A stretch of DNA of 32,000 bases from Pyrodictium occultum (GTDB lineage Archaea > Thermoproteota > Thermoprotei_A > Sulfolobales > Pyrodictiaceae), in contig NZ_LNTB01000001.1 in the NCBI RefSeq assembly GCF_001462395.1, positions 1,140,001 to 1,172,000 of the forward strand. The letters run 5' to 3'. Numbering within the stretch: position 1 is the stretch's first letter; each line of letters opens with the position of its first letter. Both the position numbers and the translations under genes were made by a program. This document shows positions 9,165-17,671 of the stretch, one piece after another. Under the pieces are notes generated by a model. It ran no database searches. It worked only from the letters and a program-made list of their open reading frames with translations, and was not told where the DNA came from.

Positions 9165-9227
9165 CCCGGTGATGCTTGTGGCCGCCTATGCTGAGTAGGT
9201 GATGACTCTTTTACGGGCTGAGGGGCT
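9163..9227 (+). ncRNA. box C/D sRNA candidate 2 (abuts the stop codon of the phosphoesterase gene)
   Basis: Terminal stem AGCCC 9163-9167 pairs with GGGCU 9223-9227. C box GUGAUGC 9169-9175; 15-nt spacer 9176-9190; D' CUGA 9191-9194; linker GUAG; C' GUGAUGA 9199-9205; 12-nt guide CUCUUUUACGGG 9206-9217; D CUGA 9218-9221. Confidence 0.6.
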
Positions 9228-9393
9228 CAGTCAGCCGCCACATAATCATCGGCGGGGCCTCCTGGTTCGGGATGCTCCTCATCGCCCCACGAGAGCACTC
9301 CCACCCCCGTCGTGGCACATCCCCCTATATTAGCCCCAAGCCAGCTGTTCAAGGGCTGCAGAGAAGGCCTCACACCCCGGGAGGCTGGGGCCC

Positions 9394-10137
9394 ATGCAGG
9401 CTAGTAGGCCGCTTGTAGACGCGCACTGCCACCTATACGAGTTCGGCAACGAGGAGCTGGAGTCCATACTATCACGTGGGATGACCATCGTGGCTGTGGG
9501 GGAAGATATAGAGACTAGCAGGAGGGTACTTGAAATAGCTAGAGCAAAGCCGAACGTGATTCCCTGCATAGGCCTTCACCCATGGAATGTGAAGAGCCGT
9601 GAGGAGGGCGTAGAGAAGGCTAGGAAAATAGTAGAGATCGCATTGAGCAGCGGGGTTAGATGCATAGGCGAGGTAGGCTTAGACACCAAGTTCGTCCCAG
9701 AAACCATTGAGCTTCAACGTGAGGTCTTCAAAGTATTCCTAGAGGCTGCAAGGGATTACAAGCTAGTGCTCAACCTGCATACTGCCGGCACATGGGAGGA
9801 AGTCTACCAACTTCTCGTAAAATATGATATAGAAAAGGCTATGTTCCACTGGTACACAGGCCCAATATATCTCATAAGGGACATAGAGGCGTCGGGCTAT
9901 ATGATATCAATAAACCCCGCCGTGAAGATCCAGCGTAAGCATCGTGCCGTCGTAGAGAATGCCCCACTCTCGATAATGTTGACCGAGAGCGACGGCCCCT
10001 ACGAGTATAAGGGCATGCGGCTGAACCCGTTGATGGTGGAGGAGGTTCTCGAAGTAATAGCAGCTGTAAAGAACATGGATGCTTCAACAGTGGCGCAGCA
10101 GATTAGACTCAACCTGAAAAAACTGCATGGAGTCTAG
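9394..10137 (+). CDS. TatD-family metal-dependent hydrolase
   Basis: N-terminal VDAHCHL motif, GEVGLD, HWYTG and ESDGP, with about 247 aa typical of TatD-related proteins. Confidence 0.8.
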   Translation: MQASRPLVDAHCHLYEFGNEELESILSRGMTIVAVGEDIETSRRVLEIARAKPNVIPCIGLHPWNVKSREEGVEKARKIVEIALSSGVRCIGEVGLDTKFVPETIELQREVFKVFLEAARDYKLVLNLHTAGTWEEVYQLLVKYDIEKAMFHWYTGPIYLIRDIEASGYMISINPAVKIQRKHRAVVENAPLSIMLTESDGPYEYKGMRLNPLMVEEVLEVIAAVKNMDASTVAQQIRLNLKKLHGV

Positions 10138-10151
10138 ACCAGGCTCCGCCT

Positions 10152-11981
10152 CTAGTTCTTCTTCTTGCCGAAGAGTATTTCGTCGGGCACTATGCCCCTG
10201 TAGGCCTCATAGTATATCGGGTTACTCTTCAGCAGCTTTATGTTGCGTACATACTTCACGTCGGGGCCTACCTTGTCCTTACCATACTTCTTTACGTACT
10301 CCTCTATAGGTATCCTGAACTTCTTGAGTATATGGTCGCGGTATATGTCGTTGAGCACATTGTAGGTGCAGAATGGTATCACCCTGCCGTCGGGCGAGAG
10401 GTAGTGGATGTTGCACCTCATAACTCTCTCCACATCGTAGTTGTACTGGTCCATGAAGTGCATGTTGCCTAGGAATAGCATCTTGTAGTGTAGCTCCCCC
10501 AGCGCCTCATAGCTCCTCTTAAGGAACACGTTGGTTAGCAGCTTTGTTATGTTAAGGTTCTTAGGTAGTTTCTCGCGGTCAACGAACTTCGGCAGATCCT
10601 TGACTATGGATGCTATTCGTAGAGCGCGTCTAAACTTGCTGAAGCTTGACTCGGCATCCTTCCGCAGCTCTCCAGTCTTCTGCTCCATATACTCGATGAA
10701 GCCTTCGACGTCGAAGAACTCTGTTATCGGTACAAAGCGCTTGGGCAGCCCATCACCGCCCCTCTCAACGAACACGTATGTCGCGGAGCCGCAGGCGGGG
10801 TGGTTGCCCATGCATACCTTTAGCTCGCCGCTGAGAGCCTCTATGAAGTAGGCGAACTTTGCCGCAACCGGTATGGGGAACCAGGCGTCGGCAGGTATCT
10901 GGCCGTCGGTCTGCTCCTCCACCCATTTCAGCACGTCGGCTATGGTTACCCTATAGCGGCGCCTCGCCTCCTTCTTCATGCGGCCGGTGAGGCTCACGGG
11001 CTGGAAGTTGACGCCGCGTACAACGTCTATATGCTTTGCCGCGAACTTGACTATGGCGCCCAACTCCTGGTCGTTAATCGTCCTTATGACTGTCGGCACG
11101 AGCACCACGCTTGTCATGCCAGCCTTGCGGAACACCTCGAGGGTGTAGGGGACCTCCCAGTGGTTCTTCGGGTTAGCCCTGGGCGTTACACCGTCAAAGC
11201 TCATGTATACGGTGTTTACACCAGCCTCACGTAGCTCCCTCGTATACTTAACAGCCGCGTCGAGGCCCTTCTCGAACCAGAGCCTAGCGAACGTTATGCC
11301 GTGAGTGTTTAGCTGTATGTGGGTTACACCCTCCTCCTTGAGCAGCTTTACTATATCCACCAGGTCCTCGCGCAGCGTCGGCTCGCCGCCGGTTATCTGA
11401 ACGGCCATTGATACACCCTCCTTCTTATACTGGCGTATCATGTGGCGTATCTGTTCAAGCGTTGGCTCGTAGACGTAGCCCATCTTCTCCGCATAGAAGA
11501 AGCAGTACCAGCATGACAGGTCGCAGCGGTTTGTCACTACCAGGTTGGCGAGAGCGGTGTGGTTCTTGTGCCTAGAGCAGAGGCCGCAGTTATAGGGGCA
11601 GGGAGCTGTCAGCTTCACGTGGGGAGTTACGCCGACACCCTCCTCCTCATACTTCATGAACTTGCGGTAGATCCTGGCGTCGCTGAAGTACAGCTCATCA
11701 ATGGTGCCATGTGTCGGGCAGGTCTTACGCATGTATATCTTGCCCTCCTTCTCATAGATCACCGCAGGCAGCAGCCTCGAGCAGTACGGGCAGATACTAG
11801 TGGTGTAGGCAACGAACTTCTCGCCCTCCTTGAGCTTCGGGATAGGGCCGCCTATCGGGATCCGCTTACCAGCCACCACAACTACCTTGCTCCTAGCATC
11901 GTAGATCGCAGGAGACTCCAGGATATCAGGCTTATTAGACCCAGCTGCGTTGTTCCGAGGGATCTTGGTTGAGAGAGCCAT
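10152..11981 (-). CDS. radical SAM enzyme, tetraether lipid synthase (Tes/GDGT-MAS, MJ0619-family)-like
   Basis: Radical-SAM motif NRCDLSCWYCFF; upstream Cys cluster CPYNCGLC; N-terminal ribbon CPYC...(17 aa)...CPTHG. I prefer ATG 11981 (MALSTKIPRNN), which is preceded by GAAGGTG and by a TATA box about 55 nt upstream. The radical-SAM call is firm. The Tes assignment rests on recalled family architecture only. Confidence 0.6.
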   Translation of the reverse strand: MALSTKIPRNNAAGSNKPDILESPAIYDARSKVVVVAGKRIPIGGPIPKLKEGEKFVAYTTSICPYCSRLLPAVIYEKEGKIYMRKTCPTHGTIDELYFSDARIYRKFMKYEEEGVGVTPHVKLTAPCPYNCGLCSRHKNHTALANLVVTNRCDLSCWYCFFYAEKMGYVYEPTLEQIRHMIRQYKKEGVSMAVQITGGEPTLREDLVDIVKLLKEEGVTHIQLNTHGITFARLWFEKGLDAAVKYTRELREAGVNTVYMSFDGVTPRANPKNHWEVPYTLEVFRKAGMTSVVLVPTVIRTINDQELGAIVKFAAKHIDVVRGVNFQPVSLTGRMKKEARRRYRVTIADVLKWVEEQTDGQIPADAWFPIPVAAKFAYFIEALSGELKVCMGNHPACGSATYVFVERGGDGLPKRFVPITEFFDVEGFIEYMEQKTGELRKDAESSFSKFRRALRIASIVKDLPKFVDREKLPKNLNITKLLTNVFLKRSYEALGELHYKMLFLGNMHFMDQYNYDVERVMRCNIHYLSPDGRVIPFCTYNVLNDIYRDHILKKFRIPIEEYVKKYGKDKVGPDVKYVRNIKLLKSNPIYYEAYRGIVPDEILFGKKKN

Positions 11982-12026
11982 AGCACCTTCCCCCTGGCAT
12001 CTCCACATCCTGAGCTGGGTAGCCAT

Positions 12027-12049
12027 TAGCCCTTGTATAAAAAGGGCTA
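12027..12049 (-). promoter_or_regulatory. TATA box embedded in a perfect 8-bp palindrome
   Basis: TAGCCCTT-GTATAAA-AAGGGCTA. On the minus strand it reads TAGCCCTT TTTATAC AAGGGCTA. It lies between the stop of the upstream radical-SAM gene (12099) and the Tes-like start (11981). Confidence 0.55.
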
Positions 12050-12098
12050 GCCGTGTGAGCATAGTGCCAGGTACTGACCGTCTATTGTCCTATTCGCA

Positions 12099-13811
12099 TT
12101 AGCATGCAAAGCCGGATACGGAGAGAAGATGCATCTGGCCCCCAAGCAGCCTGCCAAGCTCATGGTCTCCCCGGAAGGGGCGACGCCTCGCAACCTCCGC
12201 CGCTTTGGCCCTCCCGATGAGCTTGGAGAGGAGCGTTAAGCTAGCCCTATTGGCGTCGAGGGGCACTGGGAGGCCTCGGACGCTCCTGGCGGAGTAACCG
12301 TATACAGCTATATCGATAACTTTCCTGCCCTCTATTCTGCAAGGTATCTCCACTACTACGGGGTAGCTGCCAGCCTGCCTAGCGAAGGTGACCCCGCGGT
12401 GCGAGTCGTAGCGCTCTATATAGACTTCTCTCAGCACCGAGCCTCGGGGAAGCAGCCTCTCCAGGAAGAGCCTCGAGTATATGTTAGCTATATGCTGGAA
12501 CCTCTTAGCTAGACTGCGGTGCCTCTCAACAAGCCTCGTCCCAACACTAGCCATGGACGTGCCTGGAAGCACGAGCACTTTCCTAACATTTATACGGCGT
12601 ACCAGCAGTCCCCGCTCGTATACAGTCTTGAGAAACTCCTCGTTCAGCCTATACGTCTCAGCCGTCTCCCCCCGGAGGCCGAGCACGAAGTTGAGCCCGG
12701 GCAGTAGCTCGGGGAGCCCGTTGTAGCCCCTAGCCGAGCCATACTTGTTTATAATCTCTATAGCCTTGAGCGACTCATCCGGCATCGTCTTGAGGTTGTT
12801 CTCCTTCACGACTTTGGGGTCGGCTGTCTCTATTCCCAGCGCTGCTACGTCGCCAGGTGTGTGGTACCTTATTATGGTCTTGAGCGCCTCTATACTCTCC
12901 TTCTCATGCCTCACTATGGTGCCTGGGTTCACGTTGTCTATGTGGAGGGTCTTTAGCCCGGGTGCGGCAGCCCTTATCCCGTGGAGCAGCCTCTCAAGCG
13001 CCTCTGGGCTGGGCTTAGGCCACTCCTCCTGGTCTAGCTCAGGGCTCCCGTAGACTAGTATGTCGGCCTGCCTGCCCAGCCTGAAGTGCCTCACACCTGC
13101 CCGGTAGAGCGCCTCCACCTCCCGGACTACGTCTCTGGGCTCCCTCTGCCTCGGCCTACCGTAGAGCTTTGTAACACAGAAGCTACAGCCGCCGCTTATC
13201 CACCTGCTGCAGCTCCGGTACGTCTCTATCTCTGCAACCAGGTTGTAGCCGTGGTTCGGGTGTTGTTCGGCTATCCGGGCACCCTTTACAGCTATCTCAC
13301 CAACAAGCTTCATATCAGTCATTATGCGCCAGGGCTCAGCCCTCTCTGGGCCGTAGCGGGCGTAGTCTATCATGTAGGCCTCCGGGTCGCCGGTGACTAT
13401 CACGTCAAACGCGTCTCTAACCTCTCTAGGCAGGGCCGCTACTGTGCCGCCCTCGTTCCCTATGCCCCAGCGCGCAGCCGCTCCTGCGAGGATCTTGAAG
13501 GGCTTCTCCACTAGCCGGAACCACTGCTTCAGCTCCTCCAGCCTTATCGGCTCCCCGCCCAGGTACTTGCCAGGCACGACAGCACCCGCTATGACAACCA
13601 CCGTGTCGTAGGTGTTGGCCCTCCTTATGAACCCGGCTACATCCCTCCTAGCCTCGTCCACGGTTATGTAGTGTATGACTGTCGTCTTGTCTGCAAGCCA
13701 GAAGGCCCCGGCTATATAGCGTGGGTAAACGTCTATGTAAGGCGGCACGCCGAAGCCTGCCGGCTCATCGGTATAGCCGTCTAGGATCAGCACCCTACGG
13801 GGCTTAGCCAT
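12099..13811 (-). CDS. radical SAM enzyme, COG1031-type (N-terminal Rossmann-like domain, TRAM-like barrel and C-terminal helix-hairpin-helix)
   Basis: VLILDGYTDEPAGFGVPPY at the N-terminus; Cys motif CSRWISGGCSFC; a TRAM-like region (VLREVYIERYDSHRGVTFARQAGSYPVVVEI); an HhH-like LLSKLIGRAKAAEVARRRPF. Confidence 0.7.
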   Translation of the reverse strand: MAKPRRVLILDGYTDEPAGFGVPPYIDVYPRYIAGAFWLADKTTVIHYITVDEARRDVAGFIRRANTYDTVVVIAGAVVPGKYLGGEPIRLEELKQWFRLVEKPFKILAGAAARWGIGNEGGTVAALPREVRDAFDVIVTGDPEAYMIDYARYGPERAEPWRIMTDMKLVGEIAVKGARIAEQHPNHGYNLVAEIETYRSCSRWISGGCSFCVTKLYGRPRQREPRDVVREVEALYRAGVRHFRLGRQADILVYGSPELDQEEWPKPSPEALERLLHGIRAAAPGLKTLHIDNVNPGTIVRHEKESIEALKTIIRYHTPGDVAALGIETADPKVVKENNLKTMPDESLKAIEIINKYGSARGYNGLPELLPGLNFVLGLRGETAETYRLNEEFLKTVYERGLLVRRINVRKVLVLPGTSMASVGTRLVERHRSLAKRFQHIANIYSRLFLERLLPRGSVLREVYIERYDSHRGVTFARQAGSYPVVVEIPCRIEGRKVIDIAVYGYSARSVRGLPVPLDANRASLTLLSKLIGRAKAAEVARRRPFRGDHELGRLLGGQMHLLSVSGFAC

Positions 13812-13848
13812 AGCCCCACCCGACTCTATTCAGGTAGCGAGGAGCCCC

Positions 13849-15081
13849 TCAGCTGACAGGCTCGAAGACGAGGCCGAGCCTCCTGGCATACTCGTAGACC
13901 CTCTCAATCTCCTCCCTCGTGGGGGTCCTGGCTATCTCGGGCCAGCGTCGAGGATACCGGGCCACCAGGTGCTCAGGCCGGTACTGGTCCATTATATTGA
14001 CGAGCACCCGGTCCCGGGGCAGGTTCTCGGCTATCCACCTAAGCACTGGTATGCTGCAGCACTCGACATGCGAGGGCAGCACCAGGTGCCTTATTATCAT
14101 GTCAGCCCACTCCACCGCGGCCCGTAGGTTGCGGGTAACCACCTCAAAGTAGCGCGGGACGGCCGAGAGCCTCATAGCGCAGCGGTCATTGCCGTACTTG
14201 AAGTCGGGGAGCCAGAGATCCACTATATCCACGAGTATATCCAGAGCCTCCGGAGTCATGTACATGTTGGAGTTCCATATCTGCGGCACGTTTACATCCA
14301 GGTGGAGTAGAGACTCTACAATAACCGGCAGGCTGGGCGTAGGCTCGCCCCCAACATGGTTTATATTCCTAGCGCCGTGTACTCTTAGCATCTTCTGGAT
14401 CCAGGCTAGTTTCCTAGCGTTTATAGCCTCGCCCCTGCGGGCGGCAGTCTGGCTAACATCGTGGTTCTGGCAGTAGACGCAGGTAAAGTTGCAGCCTCCA
14501 TAGAATATGGTGCCGCTGGGGACGAGGGGTGCCTCCTCCCCTAGATGGTGGAACCAGCTATGCACATAGACCCTCGAGTCGAGCCTGCAGGCTCCGATCC
14601 TCCTGCTCCTGTCTATCATGCATCTCCTCTCGCAGAGCCTACAGGGGTTCGCAAGCCTCCAGGCCAGGACAGCGTCAACGTGTAGCAGTGTATACCTGGG
14701 CTTGCTGCGGAACTCCTTCCTAAGTGCCTCGAGGGTTAGCTCCCCTCTCCGAGCCTCGCGGAGAAGGCTCTCGAAGACCCTCCTCGCGGATTTTTTCAGA
14801 TCCTGGAGCCCCTCATAGTCGAGGCGCCAGGGGTCCTCATCAACCTCTACACTCCTGGCTATCATGAACTTGGCCGGCGCCTCATCCCTCATCACGCGGT
14901 AGTACCATGAGAGCCTCCTCCTTACCTCAGGGTCGCTCCATACCGCCACCGCGTCGGGCCTAAGCCTTCTCCAGAGCCTCTCCGGCACGAAGCGCTCAAA
15001 TAGAAGCAAGGAGAGTCTACACCCCACCAACTCTATAGTCCCTGCGCCTCGGCCCACCGGGCCCCCCTTAGTCTCTGCCAC
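13849..15081 (-). CDS. radical SAM enzyme, PflX/COG1313-type (PFL-activase-like)
   Basis: CRLCERRC...GACR followed by GEEAPLVPSGTIFYGGCNFTCVYCQNHDVS. GTG start at 15081. The N-terminal roughly 100 aa may be shorter if an internal Met is used. Confidence 0.75.
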   Translation of the reverse strand: MAETKGGPVGRGAGTIELVGCRLSLLLFERFVPERLWRRLRPDAVAVWSDPEVRRRLSWYYRVMRDEAPAKFMIARSVEVDEDPWRLDYEGLQDLKKSARRVFESLLREARRGELTLEALRKEFRSKPRYTLLHVDAVLAWRLANPCRLCERRCMIDRSRRIGACRLDSRVYVHSWFHHLGEEAPLVPSGTIFYGGCNFTCVYCQNHDVSQTAARRGEAINARKLAWIQKMLRVHGARNINHVGGEPTPSLPVIVESLLHLDVNVPQIWNSNMYMTPEALDILVDIVDLWLPDFKYGNDRCAMRLSAVPRYFEVVTRNLRAAVEWADMIIRHLVLPSHVECCSIPVLRWIAENLPRDRVLVNIMDQYRPEHLVARYPRRWPEIARTPTREEIERVYEYARRLGLVFEPVS

Positions 15082-15352
15082 TCCTCTGCCCTACCGCCTC
15101 CCCACGCCTCTCCATGAATATACGGTAGGCCTTCCACTCGGGGAGGGATGCATAGTACTCAGCAAGCTCGTAGAGCCTCATAAGCTCCTCCCTAGTGGCG
15201 AAGTCTATGGGCTCTCCTCTATGGCCTGCTCTACTCCACCGCCGGTGGAGCTCCTCCACTAGGGCTGACACGTAGGGGTCGCTGTAGAAAGCCGCCTGGT
15301 TAGCCCGCGGGGCCCCCTCTACGAGGCTTAATATGCGGCTCTTCAAGTCCAT
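15068..15352 (-). CDS. hypothetical 94-aa protein overlapping the PflX-type gene start by 14 nt
   Basis: ATG start at 15352 and a helical, protein-like sequence (EELMRLYELAEYYASLPEWKAYRIFMERRGE). No family recognised. Confidence 0.5.
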   Translation of the reverse strand: MDLKSRILSLVEGAPRANQAAFYSDPYVSALVEELHRRWSRAGHRGEPIDFATREELMRLYELAEYYASLPEWKAYRIFMERRGEAVGQRSGRD

Positions 15353-15410
15353 TAGGAGGCCCTAATACGTATGAAAGGGTTCGGGCACGCACTATTATGC
15401 TGTCGGGCGG

Positions 15411-16790
15411 CTACTCCCGCTTCCCGGCAGGGTATATTGCTTCCTTGGGTGCCTTGGAGAACGGCTCTAGGTATTTGCGCAGCACCTTCGGTATGACAAC
15501 AGTGCCGTCGGGCTCCTGGAAGTTCTCCAGTATTGCCGTTATAGTCCTCGTTGACGCTATAGCTGTGGAGTTTAGGGTGTGGACATACTCCCTAACCATG
15601 CCCTTTCTCCTCACAAGCCTTATGTTGAGCCTATAGCTCTGCCAGTCGGTAGTGTTGCTTGCGCTGACCATCTCCCGGTACCTGCCCTGAGCAGGCATCC
15701 AAGCCTCGAGATCATACTTCTTCGCCGCGGGCGCTCCGAGCTCGCCGGAGGCCGCGTTGACTACCCGGTAGGGTATTCCGAGACCCTGGAATAGCTCCTC
15801 GGCATTGCGTATGAGTTCCTCGAGTATATCCCAGCTCTCCTCGGGCTTCGCGTAGACGAACTGCTCCACCTTGTGGAACTGGTGTACCCGGAATATACCC
15901 TTGAGGTCCCTATTGCCGGCGCCAGCCTCCTTGCGGAAGCATGGGCTTACCCCGACCAGTTTTATTGGCAGCTCGTCCTCCATTATCTCCTCGTTTGAGT
16001 AGAGGCCCGCCAGCGGGTGCTCGGCCGTAGCTATGAGGTAGAGATCCTCGCCCTCAACCTTGTATATGGCGTCCCTAAACGTCTCCATGTCTATTACCCC
16101 CATGAGTATCCGGTGTCTTATCATGTAGGGCGGGAGCACCAGCCGATAGCCCTTTGAGGTAAGCTTGTCTATCGCGTACATGAGCAGGGCAAAGTCCAGC
16201 CAGACGAGGTCGTCAAAGAGGTAGTAGAACCTGGAGCCAGCCACCTCGGCGGCCTTTGCAGTGTTGCCTAGCTTAAGTACTCTTTCCAGCATATCCGCGT
16301 GGCCTACCGGCTTCCAGTCAATAACCTCGTAGTCTACCTTGAAGCCCCACTTTTCTGTCTGCTCGCGGAACCTGTCAAGGAAGCCGCGGTAGACCTTGGG
16401 CCTCCCCCAGAACCTTATGGGCATATTGTACTCATCCGACTCGCCCACAGGCACGGATTCATGGACTATGTTGGGGAGCGAGAGAAGCAGTCTCTCCCGC
16501 TCCTCCTCTACCCGCTTAAGCTCTGCCTCGAGCCTCTCCCTCTCTTTTAGCAGTCTTTTAGCCTCTTCTATCAGCTTCCTCCTCTCCTCTGGATCCTTAG
16601 TCCTGGCTATGCTATGTGTAATCACGTTATGCTTATGCCTAATCTCGTCGACGGTACGCTTGAGCCTACGCCATTGCTCGTCCAGGCCGCGGAGCCTATC
16701 AACCATAGAGGGATCCATGAAGCGCTTCCGCAGGCTCTCCCGGAGCACATCCGGGCTCTCTCGGAGGTAGCGGAGCAGGCTCCACGTCAA
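15411..16790 (-). CDS. serS: seryl-tRNA synthetase
   Basis: N-terminal coiled-coil arm (LRKRFMDP...[14 protein letters not shown]...[13 protein letters not shown]). Class II core motifs are present, including [10 protein letters not shown] and [10 protein letters not shown] near [21 protein letters not shown] start. Confidence 0.92.
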   Translation of the reverse strand: MTWSLLRYLRESPDVLRESLRKRFMDPSMVDRLRGLDEQWRRLKRTVDEIRHKHNVITHSIARTKDPEERRKLIEEAKRLLKERERLEAELKRVEEERERLLLSLPNIVHESVPVGESDEYNMPIRFWGRPKVYRGFLDRFREQTEKWGFKVDYEVIDWKPVGHADMLERVLKLGNTAKAAEVAGSRFYYLFDDLVWLDFALLMYAIDKLTSKGYRLVLPPYMIRHRILMGVIDMETFRDAIYKVEGEDLYLIATAEHPLAGLYSNEEIMEDELPIKLVGVSPCFRKEAGAGNRDLKGIFRVHQFHKVEQFVYAKPEESWDILEELIRNAEELFQGLGIPYRVVNAASGELGAPAAKKYDLEAWMPAQGRYREMVSASNTTDWQSYRLNIRLVRRKGMVREYVHTLNSTAIASTRTITAILENFQEPDGTVVIPKVLRKYLEPFSKAPKEAIYPAGKRE

Positions 16791-16899
16791 GCCTGATAGG
16801 CACCCATTGTAGACAGCACCACCCCCATCTCTATAAAGGCTAAGGCAGGGTCCATTGGCGTTGCCCCGCGTCTTTCAGAGGGGAAATGTTGGGCCGAGA

Positions 16900-17012
16900 G
16901 GGAGGGGCCGGGTCAGCTCTGGTGGTCCCCTCCCCACCGAAGGTGTCGGATGCCAGCCTTTGCTCTTTTGTTCTGTCACACCCGGCCCCTGGGGATGCCC
17001 ACCCAGGGAGCC
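16900..17012. other. GC-rich structured intergenic element (three overlapping perfect helices)
   Basis: Helix a: 16900-16907 with 16927-16934 (8 bp). Helix b: 16904-16913 with 16980-16989 (10 bp). Helix c: 16984-16993 with 17002-17012 (10 bp, one bulge). Helices a/b and b/c share nucleotides. It lies in the 320-nt spacer upstream of serS. Confidence 0.45.
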
Positions 17013-17111
17013 TGGCGGAATAAATGAGCCGGGATAAATCATGATATCAGTGCCGGCGGCTTCCAATCCCCTATACGGCGTTAGGGGGGACGCGCTCCCC
17101 TGGGCGGTGGC

Positions 17112-17561
17112 TCAGCTATCCTCGTTCTTCCCGCCTTCCTCCTGGGAGCCGCCATACATTTCGTCGTAACGCTTGATCCACTCTTCCACCACGTCATAGC
17201 CGAAGAGCTCCTGCAGAAGCTTGCGACCCTCCGGTGTCACCCTTCGCGGGTCCCAGGGCGTCTCTATATCAAGCTCGACCTCGACGTCCTTAACCTCGGG
17301 CACGTTCTGGCGAATGGCCTCCTCAGCCATGAGTGCTATCTGGCCTGTAACCGGGCACCCAGGGGCGGTTACGCCGAGCCTAACCTTCACCTTGCCACCC
17401 TCGAACTTAATGTCATACACTAGCCCTAGATCGTAGACATTTACAGGTATTTCCGGGTCGTACACCGTTCTAAGTGCCTCTATGACCTTCTTCTTTATCT
17501 CCTCGGCATTCGCCTCATTCTGTCCACTCTGCTTAACTGCCTGCGCCTGTGTGCCTGCCAA
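17112..17561 (-). CDS. DUF59/MIP18-family Fe-S assembly protein (SufT/PaaD-like)
   Basis: ALRTVYDPEIPVNVYDLGLVY...VRLGVTAPGCPV signature. TTG start. Confidence 0.8.
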   Translation of the reverse strand: MAGTQAQAVKQSGQNEANAEEIKKKVIEALRTVYDPEIPVNVYDLGLVYDIKFEGGKVKVRLGVTAPGCPVTGQIALMAEEAIRQNVPEVKDVEVELDIETPWDPRRVTPEGRKLLQELFGYDVVEEWIKRYDEMYGGSQEEGGKNEDS

Positions 17562-17671
17562 GGCACTCTATACCCCCAAGCTTTTATCCACACTAACTTG
17601 AAGCGGGTAGCTTGAAGTATATCTTTAGCGCTAGAGGCTACACGGCATATCTAGCCGCCCCGTAGGCTTCT

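Noticed and set aside
9227-9285. Minus-strand C/D-like arrangement GCGAUGA-8 nt-CCGA...CCGAUGA-11 nt-CUGA, partly overlapping the 3' flank of candidate 2.
   Set aside because: The 8-nt C-to-D' spacer is too short for the usual roughly 12-nt guide geometry, and the boxes are degenerate.
16299-16796. Plus-strand ORFs antisense to serS.
   Set aside because: serS is unambiguous on the minus strand, and the antisense frames are S/L-rich and low-complexity.
16935-16945. CACCUUCGGUG on the minus strand, first read as a stable cUUCGg tetraloop that would assign the strand of the putative RNA.
   Set aside because: The register that pairs the flanks gives a 4-bp stem with a 3-nt loop, not a C(UUCG)G tetraloop. 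It gives no strand information.
16904-16989. tRNA-like appearance on the minus strand: a perfect 7-bp acceptor-like pairing GCCGGGU...ACCCGGC enclosing about 66 nt next to serS.
   Set aside because: There is no T-arm or T-loop, no D-arm consensus, and no 5-bp/7-nt anticodon arm in the right register. I treated it as helix b of the structured spacer instead.
16855-17066. ORFs 16855..17037 (+) and 16875..17066 (-) in the serS upstream spacer.
   Set aside because: Their translations are G/P/R-rich with no domain features. They are mutually antisense and are explained by the GC-rich palindromic structure.
17101-17116. GGGCGGTGGCTCAGC resembles the 5' end of a tRNA (acceptor plus D-arm).
   Set aside because: It overlaps the stop codon and C-terminus of the DUF59 gene, and nothing downstream continues as a tRNA.
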